Source: a virus
IMG/VR virus record: IMGVR_UViG_3300017989_000050
Location: 1 to 24,870 of that record
Strand: one strand, 5' to 3'
Length of the DNA stretch: 24,870 nt
The notes under the pieces were generated by a model that was given only the letters and a program-made list of their open reading frames with translations, had not been told where the DNA came from and searched no databases. Each line of letters opens with the position of its first letter. Position 1 is the first letter of the stretch. Positions 8,242 to 15,249 of this stretch are shown here, in pieces. A program made the position numbers and the translations under genes.

Positions 8242-8516
8242 CCAAGAAACGCAGCAAGAAGACGACAAAACGACGCGCGAAGAAGACGGCCAAGAGGAAG
8301 ACGGCCAAGAGGAAGACGGCCAAGAAGAAGACGGCCAAGAAGAAGACGGCCAAGAGAAAAACGGCCAAGAGGAAGACGGCCAAGAAGAAGACGGCCAAGA
8401 AGAAGACGGCCAAGAAGAAGACGGCCAAGAAGAAGACGGCCAAGAAGAAGACGGCCAAGAAGAAGACGGCCAAGAAACGAAAGCCGTTCGTCCACTGTGG
8501 GAGAGTCGTCGGCTGA
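8238..8516 (+). CDS. histone-H1-like, Lys-rich (K/R)KTAK pentapeptide-repeat protein (putative DNA-condensing protein), 92 aa
   Basis: GTG 8238 overlaps the upstream TGA (GTGA), with GGAGG 8 nt upstream. Product: [18 protein letters not shown], then repeated (K/R)KTAK units, ending [14 protein letters not shown]. Confidence 0.75.
   Translation: MTKKRSKKTTKRRAKKTAKRKTAKRKTAKKKTAKKKTAKRKTAKRKTAKKKTAKKKTAKKKTAKKKTAKKKTAKKKTAKKRKPFVHCGRVVG
8280..8474 (+). repeat. 13 tandem copies of the 15-bp unit AAGAAGACGGCCAAG (coding, in frame)
   Basis: ACGGCC recurs every 15 nt from 8286 to 8466. The last six units (8385-8474) are identical. Variant units carry AGG or AGAAAA in place of AAG codons. Confidence 0.95.
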
Positions 8517-9097
8517 TGCTTGATGGGGTCATCATTGGGATTTTCGCGGCGTTGCTCGCGGTCGGCTCGATCGGGCGGACCTCGGCGACTGCGCGTGCCC
8601 AGGTGCGCCCCTCGTGCAGCGTCTCGATTCTTCTCCTCGAAGCCGACCGCATCGCGATGTCGAAGGCGATCGACACGGCGAGCGGCGGCCTGGGCTTCTC
8701 ACACGCGGCCTGGGACGCATGCGAATCCGTCGACGGGGTCGACGTGGGCATCGACTGTCGCCCGGGAAAGGGCGTGCATCGTCGGCCGCTCGCCGACATC
8801 GTCGGGGCCCGTCGGCACGTTCGCGTCTTCCTCCCGCTGCTGGAGGGGCGTGAGGCGTATGGGTGCGCCCGGGCTCGGGTCGGCGAGGCGTACGACGGTC
8901 TCGCGTTGTTCCTGACCTCCGGTGGTGGCCGTCGCCGCGGCACGATCTGCTCCGAGCTCGTCTACGAGTGCTTGCCGGCTCGTCTGCAAGCTCGCATCCC
9001 CCTCCCCTCCGATCGACCGGTCTCCCCGAACGACATCGCCCGCGCGTTCGGCATCGCCAACCCGTCCTCACCGGACGTTCATCTCACCGAGGTCTGA
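8516..9097 (+). CDS. permuted papain-like amidase, YiiX/YaeF (NlpC/P60 superfamily) type, N-terminal TM, 193 aa
   Basis: TGATG overlap. TM segment [15 protein letters not shown]. The motif series matches E. coli YiiX in order: [19 protein letters not shown] (SKAI..A...SH), [26 protein letters not shown] (G.pYD) and the catalytic-type [10 protein letters not shown] (yCSELV). Confidence 0.65.
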   Translation: MLDGVIIGIFAALLAVGSIGRTSATARAQVRPSCSVSILLLEADRIAMSKAIDTASGGLGFSHAAWDACESVDGVDVGIDCRPGKGVHRRPLADIVGARRHVRVFLPLLEGREAYGCARARVGEAYDGLALFLTSGGGRRRGTICSELVYECLPARLQARIPLPSDRPVSPNDIARAFGIANPSSPDVHLTEV

Positions 9098-10005
9098 TGC
9101 TCTGGCTACTCGCACTTGCAACCGTGGCGCTTGTCGCCTCCGCCGAAAACAAGAATCCTCCGCCCGCGCCGGTCGGAAACTCCGGACATGTGCCGCTCAA
9201 CAACGTCGACACGTTCGAAGTGCTGACCTACACGGTGCTCGTCGGCCAAGATGAAGAGGGCAACTGGGATTGGCGCGCGTGGCTGACCACGGTGTTTGAG
9301 TCGCGCGACGAGATCGACGGCCTCGAAGAGGGCCAGGGCTTCGACTGGCCAACGCGCGAGGAAGCAGAGGCCGAGGCGCGCGCGTGGGCGGAGTCGCAGT
9401 TGCGCGGGCCGTTGGGGACGTCGGTCCCCGTGGAACCCGCGATCACACGTCGGGGCGTCCGCGTGTCGGGAGACGGCAGCGCAGTGTCGGTGACCGACAT
9501 CGACGCGTGGATCGCCCACGCCGCGCCCATCATCAAGGGGCACGACGTCGAGTCTCCGCAGGCCGACGACATCATGCGGCTGACGCTTCACGGGGCGTTC
9601 CCGGAACGCGGCTTCGACTCGGGCGCGAGCCCCTCGATTCGCGGTCAGTCGTGGGAGAAGACGCGGGAGCGCGTTCAAGCGGTCATCGACAAAATCCTCG
9701 CCGGCGAGCTGCTCAGCGTGCAGCCGCTAGAAGAGGTTGTCGCGGCCCGCGTCCTCAACATGTCGGCGCCGACGGTCGAAGGCGCGAGCGCCTTCCTGCA
9801 CACGGGGGCGAACAACGGCAACGAGCACGCGATCGTCGTGCGGCCGATGCCGTCCGGAGACGCCGCGTGGTGGGTCTGGCAGGGGCCGCGTCGCGACTGG
9901 GACGACGCCGCGCAAGTCGGCACGGCTCGAGACACGGAGGAAGCCAAGGGCGCCGCGAAGGCGTGGGCTGACGCCTACTACAACGTCGGAGTGAGCACAT
10001 CGTGA
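9097..10005 (+). CDS. secreted / membrane-anchored hypothetical protein with internally repeated W-x-W...EEA...AWA motif, 302 aa
   Basis: ATG 9097 overlaps the upstream TGA, inside track ORF 8863..10005. N-terminal hydrophobic segment LWLLALATVALVASA followed by a Pro-rich stretch. Confidence 0.65.
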   Translation: MLWLLALATVALVASAENKNPPPAPVGNSGHVPLNNVDTFEVLTYTVLVGQDEEGNWDWRAWLTTVFESRDEIDGLEEGQGFDWPTREEAEAEARAWAESQLRGPLGTSVPVEPAITRRGVRVSGDGSAVSVTDIDAWIAHAAPIIKGHDVESPQADDIMRLTLHGAFPERGFDSGASPSIRGQSWEKTRERVQAVIDKILAGELLSVQPLEEVVAARVLNMSAPTVEGASAFLHTGANNGNEHAIVVRPMPSGDAAWWVWQGPRRDWDDAAQVGTARDTEEAKGAAKAWADAYYNVGVSTS

Positions 10006-10352
10006 GACCCATGGGGAACATCAACGGCGAGAATGGACAGACCGGAGCGCTGCGAGAGCGCAGTGTCACGGCGAGCACCACGCTGGTCGAGAGCGACGGT
10101 GGGCGCGTGCTCGAAGCGGACCCCGCCGCCGCCGGCGGAGCGCTGACCATCACTCTTCCGGCCGACAGCTGTGGACCCGGCTACTTCACCGAGGTGATGC
10201 AGGTGTCCGCAGGGACGGTGGTGTTCGCCCCCGCAGCGGGGACGTCGATCGACTCGGCAGCGGGCGCCACCCAGCTCACCCAGCAATGGACCTCGGCACG
10301 CATGCGTCGCCGAGAGACCGGCACATGGGCTCTGGAGGGGGCGCTCTCGTGA
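10002..10352 (+). CDS. small hypothetical protein, paralogue A of the 11966..12322 product, 116 aa
   Basis: GTGA overlap (ATG 10011 is an alternative start). Shares ...DGG.vL...GPG(Y/F)...(V/I)MQ..AGTV...TQLT.Q...R...TW.L.G.L with the 118-aa protein. Confidence 0.65.
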   Translation: MRPMGNINGENGQTGALRERSVTASTTLVESDGGRVLEADPAAAGGALTITLPADSCGPGYFTEVMQVSAGTVVFAPAAGTSIDSAAGATQLTQQWTSARMRRRETGTWALEGALS

Positions 10353-11956
10353 GCCGGCTCTGGCGATGGATGGGCGGTCGAGGGACGGCCTCCGCCGTGC
10401 TCTCGCTGCAAGTCACCTTTCAGGGCGGCTCGGCGATGTTCGAGACGGAGCGGGCAGCCCGTGAGGGCTCCGCCGGCGGCTCGCTGCAAGGGCTCACCAT
10501 CGCCGTGCCCGGCAACGCACCGCTGGGGAATCACTACTTCTACTTCCGCCAGACCGACCAATACGGCCGCGTCGTCGGGTTCTCGACTGCGGCTCTGTAC
10601 GCTGCGCTGGCCGGATACACCCCCCACGCGGTCGACATGCCCGCGGGGGTGAACGACATGGACGCCGTCGCCGACATGTTCCGATCGGTTGCGGCGACCG
10701 TGTTTGCGGCCGCCGTCCGCGTCGACAACGTCGTGACGATCGCCGACCCGAACATCGACGCCGCGGGGGCCTTCCTGCCCTCGAGTGGCGGCGGCGGTGG
10801 CGGAATGCTCGGCACGCAGGATGTCTCGTCGAGCAACCTTTTCACGCAGCCGGACTCGAACGTCTGTTCTCTCGTGACGCCCGCGTTCGCGGATGACACG
10901 TACCTCTTCGCGGTTCAGGTCGACATCGGCTCCGCGTACGTGGACCCGTTGCGGTTCGGTCTCTACGTCGGCGGAGGGGTCAACGCGCCCGGCGGGACGC
11001 CGCTGTTGTGGGACTCCGGGGTGTGGCCGGCGGCCGTGGTGACTGGCCAGTACCTGACGCTCTTCCCTTCCTCGCTCGTTCAGGTGCCCGCAAGCACGCG
11101 GTTGCAGGCAATCATCGTGGGCGCCGCCGGGACCACAACCGAGGTCGGCTACCAGGGCGCCAGCGGTGCGGGAGACTGGGAGACGAGCCCGGGCGGCATC
11201 TTCAACGTCAACGCCGCGATTCCGCCGAACCCGGCCGCAGCACTGCCGGGGACCTTCCCCGCCGGCGGCAGCCTGACGTCGGCAACGTTCACCTTCAACG
11301 TGCGACTGATCTACAGCACGCTGCCGTTGCGAGGAGACGGGGCGCTACAGACCCAATACGGCGTGCACGTGGCCGCGAGTGACCTCGCGTTCACCACGGC
11401 ATTCGCTGCAAACGTTCTCCAGGGCGGCGCCCTGCCCCCGCAGCTCGAGGGGCTCGGGCTCGACTTTGTCGAGATCGCGGCAAACGACGATGCATCGTTC
11501 CGTCTCGCGGCCTATCAGGGCGGAGCACTGCTCAACCCGAACACGGCTGACCTGGTCTACGACGTCGGCCAAGGTCCCGCGGGGCCTGGTCTGCCGATCG
11601 GCTGGTACCGGCGCAACGTGCCGGCGGCTGTGCACGCCCCCATCGATCGAACGCGACTCATCTGGAGCGCGGCTCGGGACAACGGCGGAGCAACGGTGCG
11701 CTTCTCCAACGTCCCCGGTCCCGGGCCCGCGGGTCCCGACACCAACCCCATGGACTACCCCGACAACACGCCGGGCAACGAACCCGAGTACGAGTCCTTC
11801 TCGTCGAACCCGGGCTTCGCAATCGACCCCACCACGCCGTTTGAGGCGAGCTTCCCCGCCAACACCACCAACGCCCCGATCGACACGCTGCCCGGAAACG
11901 TGCAGGGGTCGAAGCTGGGATTCCGCATCCGCCCCGTCGAACTCGCTGCCATCTGA
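10349..11956 (+). CDS. large beta-rich Gly/Pro/Ala-rich protein (spike / host-recognition or large capsid candidate), about 535 aa
   Basis: Track ORF 10286..11956. I chose GTG 10349, which overlaps the upstream TGA; ATG 10370 or 10436 are also possible. No TM segment. Has a poly-Gly linker (SSGGGGGGM) and a C-terminal Pro/Asn-rich region. Confidence 0.7.
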   Translation: MSRLWRWMGGRGTASAVLSLQVTFQGGSAMFETERAAREGSAGGSLQGLTIAVPGNAPLGNHYFYFRQTDQYGRVVGFSTAALYAALAGYTPHAVDMPAGVNDMDAVADMFRSVAATVFAAAVRVDNVVTIADPNIDAAGAFLPSSGGGGGGMLGTQDVSSSNLFTQPDSNVCSLVTPAFADDTYLFAVQVDIGSAYVDPLRFGLYVGGGVNAPGGTPLLWDSGVWPAAVVTGQYLTLFPSSLVQVPASTRLQAIIVGAAGTTTEVGYQGASGAGDWETSPGGIFNVNAAIPPNPAAALPGTFPAGGSLTSATFTFNVRLIYSTLPLRGDGALQTQYGVHVAASDLAFTTAFAANVLQGGALPPQLEGLGLDFVEIAANDDASFRLAAYQGGALLNPNTADLVYDVGQGPAGPGLPIGWYRRNVPAAVHAPIDRTRLIWSAARDNGGATVRFSNVPGPGPAGPDTNPMDYPDNTPGNEPEYESFSSNPGFAIDPTTPFEASFPANTTNAPIDTLPGNVQGSKLGFRIRPVELAAI

Positions 11957-11965
11957 GAGCAAGCC

Positions 11966-12322
11966 ATGAATCACGCATCCCCCGGAAACCTCAATGGCCG
12001 CAAGGCTGACTACACCGGCACCAACGCCGCGCGCACCATCACCGCCGACTACCAGGTCCGGGAGACCGACGGCGGCGTGCTGCTGGTGGTGGACAGCGCA
12101 GGGCCCGTGTTCATCTCGCTCGAGGGCACCGTCGGTCCCGGCTTCTCCGTCGACATCATGCAAGAGGGAGCGGGCACGGTCTCGATCCTCGGGCTGCCCG
12201 GACAGACGGTCCTGTCTCGCGACGACCGCACCCAGCTCACCGGGCAGTACGCCCGCGCCCGCGCCCGCTGCATCCGCGCCGATACGTGGGTGCTCGACGG
12301 TGACCTGACCACGGGCGGCTAG
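11966..12322 (+). CDS. small hypothetical protein, paralogue B of the 10002..10352 product, 118 aa
   Basis: Track ORF. Motif sharing as listed for paralogue A. Confidence 0.65.
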   Translation: MNHASPGNLNGRKADYTGTNAARTITADYQVRETDGGVLLVVDSAGPVFISLEGTVGPGFSVDIMQEGAGTVSILGLPGQTVLSRDDRTQLTGQYARARARCIRADTWVLDGDLTTGG

Positions 12323-12371
12323 ACCTCCGCGCCCCTTTCAACGCAACGCCAACCCGAACAACGAAACTCCC

Positions 12372-12773
12372 ATGACCAGACTCCGAACTCATTGCCTGCT
12401 TCTCGCCTCCGCCCTCGCTGTTCCTCTCACGCTCGGCGTGGGGGCATGCGAGCTGTCCGGGTGTGCCGCCGGCTCGAACGTTGGGCCGACGCTTCAGAGC
12501 GTCGTTGCGCGCGTTGACGTCCCGCGGCTTCTCGAGTGTGCCCAGGCCGGCGACGCGAAGGCGGCCGCAAAGTGCCTCGGCGCCCGGGCGCTGACCGAGG
12601 GCTTGCGCCTGGCGATGGACGAAGCGACGCGGCTCGCCGAGGACGCTCAGCTTGCATCGGCCAAGGGAGCCGGCGCGGACGACATGAGCGAGCCTGAACG
12701 AGCCGCGCTCGCAATGCAGCTCGACCACTCGCTAGACCGCCTGGCCGACGAGATCGCAGCCACGCACGAGTAG
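12372..12773 (+). CDS. putative lipoprotein (possible outer-membrane spanin-like component), 133 aa
   Basis: Signal peptide plus lipobox-like LTLGVGA|C. The mature part is helical and Ala-rich. Lies immediately upstream of the TM coiled-coil and amidase genes. Confidence 0.55.
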   Translation: MTRLRTHCLLLASALAVPLTLGVGACELSGCAAGSNVGPTLQSVVARVDVPRLLECAQAGDAKAAAKCLGARALTEGLRLAMDEATRLAEDAQLASAKGAGADDMSEPERAALAMQLDHSLDRLADEIAATHE

Positions 12774-12785
12774 AGAGAACCGGCC

Positions 12786-13148
12786 ATGGTGGAGTCGGTA
12801 TCGGCAGACGCTCTCGATGTCGGCTCACTCGTCGGCAACGGAGGGCTCAGTGCCGTGCTTGCAGTCGCGGCGTGGCGACTGAGCACGGCCGCAAAACAGT
12901 TCGTCGACACCTTCAAGCAGGCGGTCGCCCAGTGGCGCGAGGATGCGAAGGCTCAGCGCGCGCACTTCGAGTCCGAAGAGAACTTGCTGCGGGAGCTTCG
13001 AGACGAGCGGAAGACGTGGGACGCGGCCAAGGAAGCCGAGGCGAACTGGCGGCGCTCGATCATGCAGGTGAACACCCGCCTCGACAGCATCGACGACCGC
13101 ATCGACCGCGCAATCGCTCGCGCTGGCGAAGATCGGGGGCACGGCTGA
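12786..13148 (+). CDS. membrane-anchored coiled-coil protein (i-spanin-like or holin-like), 120 aa
   Basis: N-terminal hydrophobic segment (GGLSAVLAVAAWRL), then a charged coiled-coil (QWREDAKAQRAHFESEENLLRELRDERKTW). Its stop overlaps the amidase start (TGATG). Confidence 0.55.
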   Translation: MVESVSADALDVGSLVGNGGLSAVLAVAAWRLSTAAKQFVDTFKQAVAQWREDAKAQRAHFESEENLLRELRDERKTWDAAKEAEANWRRSIMQVNTRLDSIDDRIDRAIARAGEDRGHG

Positions 13149-13981
13149 TGCTCGGCGCGTCTTTGCTCGCCGCCCGACTCGCAGCGCTGCTCCACCCCAC
13201 GGACGTCTCTCGAATGTGGGAGCCCGGAGAGGCGGAGTCCCCCGACGACCTCGCAGCATGTGAGGCGGAGCGGTGCGCGACCGAAGAGGTCATCGCCGAC
13301 TTCGAGGTGGTCGATCTCGAGGGCCGCGCAGCGAAGGCGCGGTACCGGGGCAAGAACGGCAAGCCGGGCAAGCTGAAGCGGACTCGGTACCCACGCGTGT
13401 CGCTCGCGAAGCGCCGCGTGGTCGTGTCTCTTCACCAGCCGGGGGTCGAGCGGACCGAGGCGCGTTGGCGGCAGACGGCGGACCGGGTGACGTCGCATCG
13501 CTTCATCGGGCCGACCGGCGTTCGCTACCGCCAACACCCGCTCGAAACCCGTCTCGTTGCAACGAACCGCCTCGACCGGGCACCGTGGCATGCCATCGCG
13601 ATCGAGGTCGCGGGCAACTTCGAACGGCTCGACGGTACCGGAACGTGGTGGAACCCGGACCGATTCGGGCGAGGTCGGGCTACCGACGCGCAGATCGAAG
13701 CCACGCGGGTTGAGATTGCTTCGCTCTGCGAGGAAGTCTCCGAGCTCGGCGGCGAAGTCGAGGCCATCGTTCCGCACATCATCGCGGGGCGAGACCGCAA
13801 CGGCCGTCCGAACCGGCAAGCCTGCTGTGGCTCGCGCGTGTGGTCGGAGGCTGGCGAGTGGGCCGGGGCTGTCCTCGGGCTCAGTGTGCCCGCGCCGGGC
13901 TTTGCTCTCGGCGGCCTGCCGGTCCCGGACGCGTGGCACGGGCCGTACTGGGGGCGCTGCGATCGATTCCTGACGGGGTAG
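13148..13981 (+). CDS. N-acetylmuramoyl-L-alanine amidase (Amidase_2 / PGRP / T7-lysozyme type) endolysin, 277 aa
   Basis: ATG 13148 inside track ORF 12872..13981. Motifs appear in the expected order: VVVSLHQPG (first Zn His), SHRFIGPTGVRYRQ, WHAIAIEVAGNF, TDAQIEATRVEIASL, then PHIIAGRD...QACCG (His/Cys ligands). Hydrophobic N-terminus (LGASLLAARLAALL). Confidence 0.7.
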   Translation: MLGASLLAARLAALLHPTDVSRMWEPGEAESPDDLAACEAERCATEEVIADFEVVDLEGRAAKARYRGKNGKPGKLKRTRYPRVSLAKRRVVVSLHQPGVERTEARWRQTADRVTSHRFIGPTGVRYRQHPLETRLVATNRLDRAPWHAIAIEVAGNFERLDGTGTWWNPDRFGRGRATDAQIEATRVEIASLCEEVSELGGEVEAIVPHIIAGRDRNGRPNRQACCGSRVWSEAGEWAGAVLGLSVPAPGFALGGLPVPDAWHGPYWGRCDRFLTG

Positions 13982-14407
13982 CAGCCCAAATCGGCGCGGG
14001 GGTTGACTTCGCGGATCGAGCGGGCGACGATCTTGGGGAGGCAAGAGAAAACCCCCGGCCGGCGATGGTGCCGACAGGGGGTCCGAGATGCCTCCCTCAC
14101 ACGAAAGGAGAAGACTTCACAACCCGATCATGGAAAGTCTCCGGGGTCAACCCACTTTTTCGCGATCGGGCGATGTTTTGAAGAGGCGACGTAGTAGACA
14201 GTAGCGAAATTATCGGCGTATGGACCTATGGCGCGGGCGCGATGGAACGCCTGGAGCGATACCCGAAAGGGACGCGTACAGGGGCCGGGTTGAAGTCCCG
14301 GACCGCAGCCACTACCTGCGCAGCCTCGGAGGCCCCTGGCCTCCGCCCGATAACGACGACTCTGTATATTATGTCAAATCTTTGAGGCGTGAAGTCGGCC
14401 ACGGCCG
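13982..14407. promoter_or_regulatory. non-coding control region between the late and early operons (AT-richer core 14180-14400)
   Basis: No convincing ORF. TTGACT-17 nt-GACGAT at 14003-14031 (+). GC hairpin CGGAGGCC-cctg-GGCCTCCG at 14327-14346. TATATTAT at 14365-14372. A consensus TTGACA on the complementary strand at 14372-14377. Confidence 0.45.
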
Positions 14408-14953
14408 ATGCAAGCCCTGAATCCCCGAGCCCTCGAACTCGAATTCTACCGCCGCCGAGCATGCCCACCACGGCAGCTCCCGCTCGCGCGGCTCCGACTG
14501 TCCCAACCCAACGGGAGCACATCTCGGCGAGCGCGGTCGTCGAGCACCAACAACGCAGACCCCCGGGCCCGCGCAGCCCGGGGTGTCACCTATCACCCCG
14601 CCACCGAGCAGCACGCGGACCGCTCGGAGTGTCCGGCATCCCGGACGACGGCAAAAACTGCCGGAAAGTTTCCTGAAACGGACTGCGGACGACGGCCGAC
14701 CGATCGTCCGTGTTCTGACATCAGGAAGAAAGCCAGGCCGGCGACTTCCAATCTCACCAAGTCCCTGACTCGGGCTCGGTGGGGCCTTCGCCGGCAAACG
14801 ACACGAATCGCTGAGCTCCGAGCCGAGCTCGAGCGCCGAGAGGCACGAGCCGCGCAGTACCGCGGTCAGGTCGCGACCTTCAGCGAACAACTCGCCGAGG
14901 TCGACCCCGACGCCTTGGACAGCACCCACGACGTCAGCGGGGGTGCCCGATGA
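14408..14953 (+). CDS. hypothetical protein; only the C-terminal ~65 codons look protein-like and the start is uncertain
   Basis: Track ORF. The C-terminus RIAELRAELERREARAAQYRGQVATFSEQLAEVDPDAL is a plausible coiled-coil and ends in the conserved GGAR-ATGA junction. The 5' two-thirds is Arg/Pro-rich and contains hairpins and direct repeats. There is no internal ATG. Confidence 0.3.
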   Translation: MQALNPRALELEFYRRRACPPRQLPLARLRLSQPNGSTSRRARSSSTNNADPRARAARGVTYHPATEQHADRSECPASRTTAKTAGKFPETDCGRRPTDRPCSDIRKKARPATSNLTKSLTRARWGLRRQTTRIAELRAELERREARAAQYRGQVATFSEQLAEVDPDALDSTHDVSGGAR

Positions 14954-15249
14954 AGCCGTCGGATGCAACGAGCGAGGCCCCGGCTAAGTCGGAGCTCTGC
15001 GTAGCGTCGGAAGTCGCCCAGCACCTCGCCGGCGAGGTTTGGCGCTCGCTGGACGCCGAGGCCCAGCGCGAGCTGCTGGCGTTGTCTCAGTACGCAGTGC
15101 CAGTACGAGTGTCGCTGCGCGCCGCGCTTTCGGAGGCCGGGCTCGTTCAGCTGAATGGGCATCACCTGCTGCCGTGGGGAGCAATGGTTGCTGAAGTTGG
15201 AGGTGCTCGACGCTACGACGAGCGCATCGCCGACGGAGGTGCCCGATGA
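14950..15249 (+). CDS. small early protein, paralogue family member 1 (99 aa)
   Basis: ATGA overlap preceded by GGGGGTGCCCG. Shares the family pattern with 15246..15515 and 15742..16032. Confidence 0.65.
   Translation: MKPSDATSEAPAKSELCVASEVAQHLAGEVWRSLDAEAQRELLALSQYAVPVRVSLRAALSEAGLVQLNGHHLLPWGAMVAEVGGARRYDERIADGGAR

Noticed and set aside
8280-8474. Possible CRISPR array or non-coding satellite
   Set aside because: The units are contiguous 15-mers with no spacers. They are in frame within a coupled CDS, and variation is confined to synonymous or Lys/Arg changes.
8061-8943. Repetitive ORFs on other frames and strands of the 15-bp array (LLLGR, FFLAV and SSSWP repeats)
   Set aside because: They are out-of-frame or antisense readings of the KKTAK tandem repeat. 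Only the + frame has an SD, start-stop coupling with both neighbours and a biologically sensible product.
14236-14311. tRNA gene suggested by CCGGG-TTGAAGT-CCCGG followed by ACCGCAGCCA
   Set aside because: I found no complementary 5' acceptor strand (CTGCGGT or a G-U variant), D-arm or anticodon arm at the proper distances, and the T-loop has G where the conserved C is expected. I kept it only as a possible tRNA 3' fragment or structured element within the control-region finding.
14220-14420. 66-aa + strand ORF in the AT-richer island
   Set aside because: It has no ribosome-binding site and weaker third-position G/C bias than real genes here, and it overlaps strong hairpins. It is more likely non-coding.
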